Part shown: piece by piece, positions 29,586 through 39,980 of the stretch
Layout: every line of letters begins with the position of its first letter
How positions within the stretch are numbered: position 1 is the stretch's first letter
Assembly: GCA_031550185.1 (NCBI GenBank)
Contig: JAVBOU010000008.1
Span: 1-57,382, forward strand
Direction: 5' to 3'
DNA: 57,382 nt
Source of the DNA: Kiritimatiellia bacterium
GTDB taxonomy: Bacteria > Verrucomicrobiota > Kiritimatiellia > RFP12 > JAVBOU01
Notes under the pieces: generated by a model
What the model was told of the DNA's origin: nothing
The model's input: only the letters and a program-made list of their open reading frames with translations
Databases searched by the model: none
Program-made: the position numbers and the translations under genes

Positions 29586-31247
29586 TTATCGCATTTTCTT
29601 CATCTCAAACTGTTCGCCCTTGAGGGCGCGCAGGACAGGTTCGCCCCAGTAGGGCGTGGGGGTGTAATCCCAGTCAAGCAGGAGGTTGGGCGTGGCGGTG
29701 GGATGAAACGCAAACGCGGTGTAGTGGAGGCGGTGTTTTTGCACGCAACCGAGCATGTCCGGCGCCCAGGTGTCGGGCATTTCATGGCGCTCCGACGGAA
29801 TGAAGGACATGCGCGTCGGCCAGCAGCCGAACTCGCCGAGAAAAACCGGAACCTTCTCCGCGGCGTCAAGGAAATGGTGTTGCCACCGGTCTTTCCACAC
29901 GTAGACGTGCGCCTCATACATGATGCCCTGGCCGTCCGGCGTGTCGGTGAGCGCGTGGCCGTTGAGGACGCCGGTCAGGTCGTAGGCCCAGTCAAGACCG
30001 CCCGCAGAAAGCAGGTTGCGCGCGCCAGTTTTGCGGATGGTGTCGACAAGGTATTGCATGCCGACGGATTCGACTGCGCCGAGGTCGTGGAGGTTTTCGG
30101 CAAAGACGCCCTCCTTTTCGCGTAATTTTTCCGCGATGTCGCCACCGTTTCGCCATTCCTCCCAGGTGATGCCGTGAGGCTCGTTGAAGAGGTCGAAGAT
30201 GACGCCGGGGTGATTCGCATAACGCGTGGCAGCGTCCTTCCAAAAGAGAGCGTTCATGCCGGTCGGCGCGCGATACTCGTGAAGGTCGATGACGACGTAA
30301 ACGCCTTGTTGCTGGCAGACGGCGACGACCTGGTCGAAGATGGCGCGGTAGTGGCGGCCCTCGTCGTTTTGCCACGGGCCGGCGCCAAACCAGAACGACG
30401 TCAGCGCGCGGATGCGGATGACGTTGACGCCCCAGACGCGGATGGCATGATCAACGGACTTGTCGATGTTTTCGCCCGTCGCGGTCCATTCGAGCGAGGG
30501 AATGTCCACGCCCTGCAACCACACCTCCTCGCCCGCTTTTATTTGCGCGGGCTTGCCCCAAATTCGCGCCGCGCCGTCCCGCATCGCGACCAGGCGGTTG
30601 CCCTGCACCTTGAGAGGCGGAATGACCAGGCCTTCCGGAACGGGCATGGATTCGCTCCACATGTAGCGTTCGGACTGCACGGTTTTCCAGCCCTCGGCGT
30701 CGAATGCGGTGATGACCCAGTCATCGAGATCCATCACGCCGCTTTTCGCCTGGAAGAGGCTCGGCATGAGCGCGAGCAACGCCGTGCCTTCGGGAATCGC
30801 GAACCTCATCTCACGCGTCTGCCAGTCGCCGCTGCCTTTGAAATTCGGCGATTCCGGCGGCGTCGCGCCCGCGAGGTCGTGATGGTTGGCGTCCTTGAAC
30901 ATCATCATGATCCGCGCGTCAAACCAGTCGTTCACGCCGTGCTCAACATCCTTCCATCGCACGCGGAACGACATCTTCACACCCGCTGTTCCCTTGGGAG
31001 TCGCGACCGCGTGGTACGCCATCACATGCTTTCCCGGCTCCGTCTGCGTGATGCGCAGGAAGCGGTTGCCGTCCTCAACCGGATAACTGACGCCGTTCTT
31101 CGCCTCCGGCCATTGGCCCATTTCGCCGGCCTCCTGGAAATCGCCGTTGGCGACCAGGTTGTCCGTGGCGTGGCAAAGCCCCTGCCACGCCACACAGGCG
31201 GCGAAAACCAGTGCGAATGAGAGGTGAAGATGGTGAGTTCTTTTCAC
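29586..31247 (-). CDS. secreted CBM4_9-like + GH5 glycoside hydrolase
   Basis: GH5 motifs IDLHEY, LFNEPHG and [9 protein letters not shown]. CBM opening [10 protein letters not shown]. The likely start is the GTG at 31247, overlapping the GH28 stop as GTGA and giving [27 protein letters not shown]. The tracked ATG at 31328 would overlap GH28 by 85 nt. Confidence 0.8.
   Translation of the reverse strand: [553 protein letters not shown]
31165..31193. repeat. GC-rich palindromic element, copy 7 (inside GH5 signal-peptide codons)
   Basis: GTGGCGTGGCA-AAGCCCC-TGCCACGCCAC, an 11-bp perfect stem. It encodes VAWQGLCHA. Confidence 0.88.
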
Positions 31248-32593
31248 TGCGGGTTTGCGTCGGATTGGGGGTTCGAATAAATTTGGACAATGAGCGGCGC
31301 ATCGTCTTTGGGCAGTTTGGAACCGCACTCGCGGATTTCAACACGCTCCCCGTTTTCGACTTGGAAAGCCGGCCCCGCGTGATTCGTGATGGTGACCCGG
31401 TTGAATGTCATATCCCGCACATTGCCACAGAAAAATCCGCGTTGCTTCATCGGCTCAATGCCGGCCATCATGGCCGGCATCCCAGGCTCAGCATCTTCTG
31501 CCATGTGAATTGAAATGTCGGTGAAGGTGATTTCCTCCACACACATTTCCGGCAGGCCGTACACGAATCCGGCGGACGCGCTGACCTCGCGCGCCGTGAT
31601 GTGATGAAAATGAATCCGCCGAAAAGCCGGGGTTTTATCCGTGACCGGATGCGGGTTTTTATCCCACACGTCTTTGTCGGTTCCCCGCGGCTCGCAAAAA
31701 TAATAGAGGTTGATGATGAAGGGGCAAATCACCTTTGTCATCACGATGTTGGAGACCCGCACATCTTCGACCACGCCGCCGCGACCTCTGCGTGACTTGA
31801 AGCGGATGCCGCGATCCGTACCCTCAAACACGCAGCTGCAGATCGTCACATTGCGAATGCCGCCGCTCATCTCACTGCCAAAGACCACGCCGCCGTGACC
31901 GTGAATCATCGTGCAATTCGTGATCGTGATATTTTCGCAGGGAATGCGGTCGCTCGATTCCTCGGTTCCCGCCTTGAGCGCGATGCAGTCGTCACCCACG
32001 TCGATGTGACAGTTGGAAATGCGCACGTTTCGACAGGACTCCGGATTGATGCCGTCCGTGTTCGGCGAGTCACTGGGATTGCAAATGCTCACATTGTGGA
32101 TTGTGATGTTGTCACTGCGAACCGGATGAATGGTCCAGCTTGGCGAATTGATCATCTTCACGTCGGCAACCAGGACATCCTTGCACGACTCAAAACTGAC
32201 CAGCTTGGGTCGTGAGTGAAGACCGCATTTGGAACGGTGACGTTCCCACCAGACCCGTCCGTTGCCGTCCAGAGTGCCGCGTCCGGTGATGGACACATTC
32301 TGAATGCGTTCGCCGTAAATGCAAGACGCGTAAACATCGCGGTTAACGCCTTCCCAGCGCGAATTGACAACCGGATATTCCGCGACATCATCCGTGAAGA
32401 CAAGCACCGCGCCCGCCTCCAGATGGAGATTGATATTGCTTTTCAAAAAAATGGCGCCGGTCAGAAAACGTCCCGCCGGAACATAAACCGTTCCGCCACC
32501 CGCTCGATGGCAGGCCTCCACCGCGGCATGAATGGCACCCGTGTTCAGGGTTTTCCCGTCCGCGATTGCGCCGTAATCACAAATATCAAACAT
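31244..32593 (-). CDS. polygalacturonase-type GH28 glycoside hydrolase (no signal peptide)
   Basis: All four canonical GH28 blocks are present: NTDGINPESC, GDDCIALKAG, GHGGVVFGSE and RGIRFKS. N-terminus MFDICDYGAIADGKTLNTGAIHAAV. Confidence 0.9.
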   Translation of the reverse strand: MFDICDYGAIADGKTLNTGAIHAAVEACHRAGGGTVYVPAGRFLTGAIFLKSNINLHLEAGAVLVFTDDVAEYPVVNSRWEGVNRDVYASCIYGERIQNVSITGRGTLDGNGRVWWERHRSKCGLHSRPKLVSFESCKDVLVADVKMINSPSWTIHPVRSDNITIHNVSICNPSDSPNTDGINPESCRNVRISNCHIDVGDDCIALKAGTEESSDRIPCENITITNCTMIHGHGGVVFGSEMSGGIRNVTICSCVFEGTDRGIRFKSRRGRGGVVEDVRVSNIVMTKVICPFIINLYYFCEPRGTDKDVWDKNPHPVTDKTPAFRRIHFHHITAREVSASAGFVYGLPEMCVEEITFTDISIHMAEDAEPGMPAMMAGIEPMKQRGFFCGNVRDMTFNRVTITNHAGPAFQVENGERVEIRECGSKLPKDDAPLIVQIYSNPQSDANPQ

Positions 32594-32654
32594 GGCGTGG
32601 TGGTGTTCGAGTCGGGGAGCGCCGGTGAAGGCCGGACGCTCCCGGTTGATTTTG

Positions 32655-35369
32655 TTAACGTATCAGCAATAGGCTGCCCGTGTTCTTCGAAAGCCAGAGC
32701 CCGGTGTTTGTTTTGGCGATATGCCAGCGCGCGCGATGTTCCGGTGCAAGAACGAAGTCACCGGCGATTGAGGCGGCGCTGGCGAGAAGAAAGATGTTTC
32801 CAGTTTCGGGGATGGCGTCAAGCAACGCGACGCCGGCAGTGCCGTTGGCGGCAATGTCGCCTTCGACCACGAGCGGCGACTCGATGGAAAACGCGAGCCC
32901 CGCGTTGTCCTCCAGTATGACGTTGTTTTGGACAAGTCCGTTGCCGCCAAACACCGCGTCGGCGGAAACCTCGACCGCGCAAGCGATGGCGCCGTCCTCC
33001 AGCAGCAACCGACCCGCCTCGACAGATGTCCCGCCGGTGTAAGTATTCTCGCCCGAAAGCGCGAGCGTACCCGCACCTTGTTTGATGAGTGCGCCGGATA
33101 CAAATGGATTTGCCTGGTGGTCGGCAATTGTTGCGGTGACGCGCAAATCAACAACCGCCGGGCCGTCGCCAATGTCGAATGTTTGCCCGCCAACAAGTTC
33201 TATTCGACCGTTCACTACGCCAGCATTTGAGTTGATGATCGCTGTGTTGGGGTTTTCTGGATTTCCGATGAAAGCAATAGAAGGCACTTCGTTAGCCCGC
33301 AACACAAGGCGGGCGGGATTTCTGTCCGCAGTGGCATGTCCGATGTTGATAGGGATGTATTCGGTATTGGAGGGAAATCCAACGGGTGAATTGGTGATGG
33401 TGATGGTGCCGTTGTTCATCCACAGAGTGCCGAAGCGATTATCGCCATTGTCGCTGTTATTAAAAATGAGGCTTGCCGTGCCGGACAAAAAGATGTCGCC
33501 GTTGATGTTTGAGTTATGGCCCCGGGTAACCACGAGAGTGCCGCCGGTCAAATAAGCATTACTAAATGTGGTCGAACCGGAGGATGTCCCACCTATGCCC
33601 ATGTTGTACGAACCTCCGGTCATGTAAAGGTCATTAAAAGTTTCGCTCGCGCCGGCGCCGTTGTTTGTATTTTGGCTCTGCTGGCGCAGCAGGCCGCCGT
33701 TGATTTCAATGTCGGCGTTGTCCGCGATGCGGTTGCCGCGGTTTTGCAACATGCCGCCGTTGAGCACAAGTTTTGTCAACACAGCATCGGCTGCGCCGTC
33801 AAATCGAACCGTGCCACTGCTGATGATGAGCGGACCTGTGAACAAATGTGGCTCTGAGTTCAATACATGCGTCGTTCCCGCGCCGGCGAAGACAACGCCT
33901 TTGCCGCCGTCATTCGCCAGCGGGCTGAAAAACCGGAGTATTCCGTTCCCAGTCGCGTCGGAGGCGTTATCGGTTCTGGAATTGATGACCAATCCTTGCT
34001 GGCCGTTGAAGTCAAGCGGCGTTCTGATGTCGATCATGCTGGTGAGATTGGCGCTAGGCGAAGCGACCGCCTGACATGTGAACATCACGCCGCTTTCAAT
34101 AGTCAATGCGGCGTTTTCCTCCGCCTCCAACACAATGCCGCCGTTTGCTCCTGTGCCCGATGTGGCCAGTGAAAGCGAGTTGACCGTAGTGTTTTCAGTG
34201 AGGGTGAATGTTTTGACGGCGCTGCTGGCTCCCGCGACATTTGCGATACGCACATTGTTGCCATCGTCCTCGCCGTCGGCGAGCGTTTCGGTATATTCCG
34301 TCACCCAATCAAGCGGTCGAACGCCTTTCACAAGATCGTATGTCGCGAGGCAGACATCAATGTTCGCATTGCCGTTGGTACTGACGACCACGCCGGGAAT
34401 GATGCTGATGGTGGTGGTGTCCGCCGCACCGCCGCGGCCGGAGAGGTCGGGCGCATTGTTAAAGAGCACATTTACCGAGTTGGCAACGCCGTCGGCAGGG
34501 TCGTACATCCCAAGCCTCCATCCACGGATGTAAACCGAACCGGCGTCGTTGGTGCGCACGAATCTGTCAGAAACGAAAGAGGTTTGGTAATTCGCCTTGG
34601 AAGAGATCACGATGGTGGATTGTCCGCCAGGATGCACCGTCAAGTCTCCGGCGTTGGAAAGGATTGCATGCCGCGTGGTGGAGCCGTGCAGGTTGAGTGT
34701 TGCGGAGTCAAAAAGCGACAGGCTGTGGCTGAACGGTTGCGACTGGTTGGCGACGCCGTTCTCAGGCAGATATAAAGTAGCGGAACTTTGCAAGACCAAA
34801 TCCGCGTCCGGAGCCAGCGAGTTGACGTTTAACAATATAAAGTTGTTCGCTGTATTGATGACTCGCCCGGGGCCGTGGATTTTGTTCCTGAATTCCTTCG
34901 TCATACCCCCGGTGAGTGTGAGCGTGTATCCGTTCAACGTGACACCATTGACGGCGTTGACTTTGCCGCGTCCCACATGCCATGTCTGGTTCGTCGCCAA
35001 AATGAGCGGCGTGTTAAATGTGTAGTCAGGGCCGTTCGAACCGCCGTTCACGAGCACCCACATTCCTTCGGCACCGAGTGTGAGGGTGTTGGCGGCGGGA
35101 TTGAAATTGTAATGGCCGTTGTTGACATCATCCGTGACACGCAATCCCAACCAAGCCAACTTTTCACCGAGCGTGAAGTTGCGGTTTGCGGCGAAGGAAC
35201 GGAATGACGCGACATCGTCAGCCGTGGGCACGACGCCCCCGACCCATGCGGCACCGGAATTCAACGGCACGGTATTGGGCATGTCGGCTTTTTCGATGAC
35301 GGCGGCGTGTAATGCCGCGGATGTGGCGAAAAGCGCGAATGCGGCCGCACAATGTGACATATTTTTCAT
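32655..35369 (-). CDS. large secreted PATR beta-helix protein with LLLIR tail
   Basis: Start set to the ATG at 35369, preceded by AAGGAGTCATCC. Signal peptide MKNMSHCAAAFALFATSAALHA. AAWVGGVVPTADDVASF motif. PATR repeat LIKQGAGTLALSGENTYTGGTSVEAGRLLL. Ends TGLWLSKNTGSLLLIR. Confidence 0.88.
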   Translation of the reverse strand: MKNMSHCAAAFALFATSAALHAAVIEKADMPNTVPLNSGAAWVGGVVPTADDVASFRSFAANRNFTLGEKLAWLGLRVTDDVNNGHYNFNPAANTLTLGAEGMWVLVNGGSNGPDYTFNTPLILATNQTWHVGRGKVNAVNGVTLNGYTLTLTGGMTKEFRNKIHGPGRVINTANNFILLNVNSLAPDADLVLQSSATLYLPENGVANQSQPFSHSLSLFDSATLNLHGSTTRHAILSNAGDLTVHPGGQSTIVISSKANYQTSFVSDRFVRTNDAGSVYIRGWRLGMYDPADGVANSVNVLFNNAPDLSGRGGAADTTTISIIPGVVVSTNGNANIDVCLATYDLVKGVRPLDWVTEYTETLADGEDDGNNVRIANVAGASSAVKTFTLTENTTVNSLSLATSGTGANGGIVLEAEENAALTIESGVMFTCQAVASPSANLTSMIDIRTPLDFNGQQGLVINSRTDNASDATGNGILRFFSPLANDGGKGVVFAGAGTTHVLNSEPHLFTGPLIISSGTVRFDGAADAVLTKLVLNGGMLQNRGNRIADNADIEINGGLLRQQSQNTNNGAGASETFNDLYMTGGSYNMGIGGTSSGSTTFSNAYLTGGTLVVTRGHNSNINGDIFLSGTASLIFNNSDNGDNRFGTLWMNNGTITITNSPVGFPSNTEYIPINIGHATADRNPARLVLRANEVPSIAFIGNPENPNTAIINSNAGVVNGRIELVGGQTFDIGDGPAVVDLRVTATIADHQANPFVSGALIKQGAGTLALSGENTYTGGTSVEAGRLLLEDGAIACAVEVSADAVFGGNGLVQNNVILEDNAGLAFSIESPLVVEGDIAANGTAGVALLDAIPETGNIFLLASAASIAGDFVLAPEHRARWHIAKTNTGLWLSKNTGSLLLIR

Positions 35370-35400
35370 GGATGACTCCTTTCCTGGGTTGCGGGTTGTT

Positions 35401-35428
35401 GCGTGGCAGAGGTGGGGCTCTGCCACAC
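35401..35428. repeat. GC-rich palindromic element, copy 8
   Basis: GCGTGGCAGAG-GTGGGG-CTCTGCCACAC (one arm mismatch), 31 nt upstream of the start at 35369. Confidence 0.85.
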
Positions 35429-35531
35429 AGCGGATTTTTGTCATATTTTCACTCACGTGGTGAAAGATTACTGTTTTTGTCTCATGTGCGGCGCATCGTC
35501 CTTTGAGAACCATACGCCGCACGTCATTGTT

Positions 35532-38198
35532 TTAACGCACGAGAAGCAACGTGCTGGGAGGCTTGCCGATCCAAACCTCCTTGCCATTGTTGCGCCGATA
35601 AATCCAGTAGTTATTGACCGCCGACACGAGGTTGGGCTCGATTTTGCTGTCGGAAAGGATGACGCTCGACTTGGCCTCGAGCATTTCTTCCGTCGGAACA
35701 AAGTCAACCCAAACTGTCGCGTCCGCACCTGTTATCGATGAGGCCTTGAGGACGCCGTTGACATCGATTCTGAGATTCGCGCCGTCTTCCAACTCCAGCC
35801 CGCCGTCAAGTTGCGTGGTGGTATACGATTGAAACGTGGCGCCGGATTGAACTGTGACACGTGCTGTCTGGCTGTTCAAAAGTCCCGTGATGCCGAGCGT
35901 CCCCTGTTCGATACGGATGCCGCCGGTTAGCGTGTTGGTCGAAACGGAAAGGAGCAACATGCCTTCGCCGCGTTTGACGAGCATGCCGGCGTTGGTGCTG
36001 TTTGCCAAAATGGCTTGAATATCGAGATCAACATCAGCCGCGCCATCAATGATGTTAAAGGGGATCTCACCTTCAAGCTGAACCTGTCCAAGCATTGTTT
36101 TGGGATCGGTGCTTTCCGTGATGGTGATTTTGGCGGTGTTTGTATTGACGGTATTTCCTACAAACGTGAAGTCGCCCAGCAATGCAATGGCACACGGCAG
36201 CCTATAATAGGAATACCCCAGTACAATCGGGACAAACTCTACGTTGTCAAATGTATTTGAAATGGTTGTTGCTCCGAACACACGCACGGTGGAACCGCTA
36301 CGGGAGCTGTCCGAATTAGACCTCACCGTCATCTGCCCGCCGGATATCATTAAATTTTCAGGGACATCCAAGCTGGTTGAACGATATTGCGACACGGCGC
36401 CGCCATGTATCCAGATGTTGCTGATGGTTGAAACGCCACCCCCACCGTCGCCACCAAGACTGAATGTACCGCCGTTCAGGGTTAGCGAACCAAACGAATC
36501 GGCACCGCCATTGCCGGAATTTGTCGCGCCGGATTTGACCATAAGCGTACCGGAGTTAATTGTCACATGGGCATCATCGGCGATCTGGTGGTTGACCTGA
36601 CAACTCCCGCCGTTAAGAATCAATGTTCCCAGCACGGCGGTATTGGCAGGGGTTCGCGCAAACCGCGCCCAAACGCCGCTATTGAGGGTGATTGTGCCCT
36701 TATATGTGTTGGGAACATCACCATTCATATACAGATAAGCCGCTGTTGGCGAGTAAAACGATACGCCGTTTTCCGAGACATTGGTGAATGAGCTTTGCAG
36801 GTTGAATGCCGGGGTCAAGGAACCGTTGCTGTTACCTATCATCATGCCAAGAAAAATTTTGCCATCATGTCCATTGAAGTCAAGGTTCGGCACTGCGATC
36901 GTCTGGTTGTCGTCCGTGGTTCGCGTGGCGGCGAGATTGTGCTGGATAAACATCATGCCGCTGTCGAGGCGCAGGGTGGTGTCAGGTTCGCCAAGGATCG
37001 AGACACCGGCGGCTCCGGACACGCCGGCGAGGTTAATCGACAACGAGTTGATTGTGGTCAGCGGCTCCGTCAAGGTGATTTCAACGGGTCCGGCGAGCGT
37101 GTTGGTGAAAAGCACGTTACTGAGTTCTGTCTGCCCATCGACGATCGTGTGGGCATATTCTGTTGCAGGGTCAAGCAACCGCAGACCATACATGGGATCG
37201 TATGTGGAAAAACCTTCCCCGTACGTGGAGGAAGACGTTGTCCGGTGCAAGATGACATCTTTCACAATCGGCGTCTCAACGCCTGTTCCAAATGGATTGC
37301 CCAGCATTTCGGGTGTTTCCCGAAATAAAACATTGACTCTGGCAACAGCATCTCCCATGTAATCTATCGGATATTCGCCGATCGCCGTGCCGCGAATGAT
37401 CGCCATTCCTGAGACGGGATCAAACCGGTTTGCCAATATGGTGGATGATGACGCCGCGCTTTTCCAAAAGCTCATCTGCGGCACGTCGCCATTGATTGTG
37501 ATGTTTCCTTCAATCTCCGTTATACTGGGTGTGGTGAGCGTACATGAGGAGAGAAGCGTGGCGGAATTCTGGATTTCCACGCTTTTCGCCCTGTTGGTTG
37601 GCGAGGAATTGTAGAATCGGAGCGTCCCTGCTTCCACAATCAAGTCTGTATCAAGTGCGCCTTTGTTGGCCGCGAAAGACGTCAGCCCCCCATTAACGAT
37701 CGTTCCGGGGCCGATAACGGATTCCGAAAAGTTTTTGGGATAGTCTGTCGAGGTGGTTCCTGCTATGGTCAGTACATGGCCATTGAGAAACGTGTTGAAC
37801 GTGGAATAAAAAGTGAGGCCTCGCCGACAATCCCACGTTTGATCGTGCTGAAGATGCACGGGAATATTAAAATGGATATTTCCAATTGTCTGTTGAATGC
37901 CATTTTTCCCCAAGTGTAATTTTGCATTGTTGGAGCGCCTGAAATAAATCGATGCGCCATAATCGACTTGTATGCCGCTCCATGCGGTGTCTTCGGTGAT
38001 CGTCCATGTCAAATTTGTGGCAACATCCGTCGAGACAAAACAGACGATGTCATCCGCTCCCGGGACAATGCCACCAGCCCAGCTGTTTGCAGAATTCAGC
38101 GTGGCGCCGTTTAGTAAATTCGTTATTGTTGCCGCTTGGCAATTCATTACGGTTATCGCAAGAACCGCGACAACCCAACATTGTTTTGTTGTTTTCAC
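35532..38198 (-). CDS. large secreted PATR beta-helix protein with LLLVR tail
   Basis: The likely start is the GTG at 38198, preceded by AAGGAAAAATCAG, giving VKTTKQCWVVAVLAITVMNCQA. NSWAGGIVPGADDIVCF motif. Ends GKEVWIGKPPSTLLLVR. Confidence 0.85.
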   Translation of the reverse strand: MKTTKQCWVVAVLAITVMNCQAATITNLLNGATLNSANSWAGGIVPGADDIVCFVSTDVATNLTWTITEDTAWSGIQVDYGASIYFRRSNNAKLHLGKNGIQQTIGNIHFNIPVHLQHDQTWDCRRGLTFYSTFNTFLNGHVLTIAGTTSTDYPKNFSESVIGPGTIVNGGLTSFAANKGALDTDLIVEAGTLRFYNSSPTNRAKSVEIQNSATLLSSCTLTTPSITEIEGNITINGDVPQMSFWKSAASSSTILANRFDPVSGMAIIRGTAIGEYPIDYMGDAVARVNVLFRETPEMLGNPFGTGVETPIVKDVILHRTTSSSTYGEGFSTYDPMYGLRLLDPATEYAHTIVDGQTELSNVLFTNTLAGPVEITLTEPLTTINSLSINLAGVSGAAGVSILGEPDTTLRLDSGMMFIQHNLAATRTTDDNQTIAVPNLDFNGHDGKIFLGMMIGNSNGSLTPAFNLQSSFTNVSENGVSFYSPTAAYLYMNGDVPNTYKGTITLNSGVWARFARTPANTAVLGTLILNGGSCQVNHQIADDAHVTINSGTLMVKSGATNSGNGGADSFGSLTLNGGTFSLGGDGGGGVSTISNIWIHGGAVSQYRSTSLDVPENLMISGGQMTVRSNSDSSRSGSTVRVFGATTISNTFDNVEFVPIVLGYSYYRLPCAIALLGDFTFVGNTVNTNTAKITITESTDPKTMLGQVQLEGEIPFNIIDGAADVDLDIQAILANSTNAGMLVKRGEGMLLLSVSTNTLTGGIRIEQGTLGITGLLNSQTARVTVQSGATFQSYTTTQLDGGLELEDGANLRIDVNGVLKASSITGADATVWVDFVPTEEMLEAKSSVILSDSKIEPNLVSAVNNYWIYRRNNGKEVWIGKPPSTLLLVR

Positions 38199-38268
38199 CT
38201 GATTTTTCCTTAGTTGCGTATCCTTTGGATCGGACACAATGTTTGTGTTGTTGTTGATTTTACATGTT

Positions 38269-38296
38269 GCGTGGCAGAGGTGGGGCTCTGCCACGC
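38269..38296. repeat. GC-rich palindromic element, copy 9
   Basis: GCGTGGCAGAG-GTGGGG-CTCTGCCACGC, 9 nt after the GH5 stop at 38306. It has the same loop as copy 8. Confidence 0.9.
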
Positions 38297-38305
38297 GGAA
38301 GTTTT

Positions 38306-39958
38306 TCAACGCATTGTCTTCATCTCAAACTTTTCGCCCTTGAGGGTGCGCATGACCGGTTCGCCCCAGTAGGGCGTGGGGGTGTAGTTCCAGTCGGAAA
38401 TCAGGCACGGCGAGGATTTGGGGTGGAAGCACCAGGCGGTCCAGTTGAGGCGGTATTTCTGGATGCAGCCGAGCATGTCGGGCGCCCAGGTGTCGGGCAT
38501 TTCGTGATTTTCGGGCGGGATGAAGGACATGCGTTCGGGTTGGCAGCCGACTTCGCCGACGAGGATGGGATATTTGGCCGCGGCGTCGAGGAAGGATTTT
38601 TGCCAGTTGCTTTTCCAGACGTACACGTGGGTTTCGTACATAATGCCCTGGCCGTCCTTGGTGTCGGTGAGTGCGTAGCCGTTCAGGATGCCGCTCAAAT
38701 CGTACGCCCAGTCGAGTCCGCCCGCGGAAAGGAGATTTTTGGCGCCGGTCTTGCGGACCGTGTCGACGAGGTATTGCATGCCGACGGATTCGACGGCGCC
38801 GAGGTTCTCCTGGTTTTCCGCAATGACGCCGGCCTTGCCGCGCGCTTCGTCGAGGTTGCCGCCGTTGCGCCACTCCTCCCAGGAGATGCCGTGGGGTTCG
38901 TTGAGCAAACCGAAGATGACGCCGGGATGGTTGTTGTAACGCGTGGCGACGTCCTTCCAAAAGTGGGCGTGCTGGCCGTTCGCGGCGCGGTACTCGTGCA
39001 GGTCGATGACGAGGTAAACGCCGTTTTGCTGGCAGGTCGCGGCGACTTTGTCGACGAGCTCGCGGTAAGCTTTGCCCTTGTCGTTTTGCCACGGGCCGGT
39101 GCCAAACCAGAAGGGCGATTTCACGGCGAGGCGGATGACGTTCACGCCCCACACCTTGATGCACTGGTCGACGGATTCGAGAATGTGTTCGCCCGCGGCG
39201 GTCCATTCCATGGAGGCCAGGGCAACGCCCTGCAACCAGACTTCCTTGCCATCCTTCGTTGAAACGAGGCGGTTGCCCTGGACTTTCAGCGGGACGGTTT
39301 TTGTGTCCTGCGGAACGGGCAACGTGGTACTCCAAACGTAGCCCGCGTATTCCGCGGCGGCCTTGGCCTGCGCGGCGGCGAGCGTCTCGGCCTTCCACTC
39401 CGCGGCGTTGTAACCGGTGATGACCCAGTCGTCGAGATCCAGCGTGCCGCTCTTTGCCTGGAAGAGGCTCGGCATCAGCGCGAGGAAGACGGCACCATCC
39501 GGAACCGCGAACATCAATTCGCGCGTTTGCCAGCCGTCGGAGGTGCCGCGGAAATTCGGCGCGCCCGGCCCGCCCTTGACCGTCGTGTGGTTGGCGTCCT
39601 TGAACTCCATCATGATGCGCGCGTCAAACCAGTTTTGCGCGCCGACCGCGACATCCTGCCAGCGCGCGCGGAAGGTCATCTTGACGCCTGCCACGCCCTG
39701 CACATTCACAGGATGGTAGATCATCACATGCTTGCCCGGCTCGAACTGCGTGATGCGCAAAAAGCGGTTGCCGTCCTCGACCGGATAGCTGATGCCGTCC
39801 TTGGGTTCCTGCCATGCCTCGGCGCCGTTGCTGGCGGTGGTTTTTTGGAAGTCGCCGTTGGCGAGCAGGTTTTTTTCCGCGGCGTGGCAGAGGCTGTGCC
39901 ATGCCACGCAGGCGGCGAGCGCGAGGGCGAAGCGAAGTGGTTTTCCGGGTTTGTGCAT
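38306..39958 (-). CDS. secreted CBM4_9-like + GH5 glycoside hydrolase
   Basis: Start set to the ATG at 39958 ([26 protein letters not shown] signal peptide). CBM opening [10 protein letters not shown]. GH5 motifs IDLHEY, LLNEPHG and LVGEVGCQP. Confidence 0.85.
   Translation of the reverse strand: [550 protein letters not shown]
39882..39909. repeat. GC-rich palindromic element, copy 10 (inside GH5 signal-peptide codons)
   Basis: GCGTGGCA-GAGGCTGTGCCA-TGCCACGC. It encodes VAWHSLCHA. Confidence 0.85.
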
Positions 39959-39980
39959 GGGTGGTGTGTTCCTTTCGGGG

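Noticed and set aside
38306-39958. Lipoprotein call for the CBM-GH5 enzymes (LAAC / FAAC / LAVC before the palindrome-encoded segment)
   Set aside because: Only one of the three (LAAC) fits the lipobox consensus. The others have Phe at -3 or Val at -1, and an A-x-A-like site (CHA) follows, so signal peptidase I cleavage is at least as likely. I left this as an alternative in the findings.
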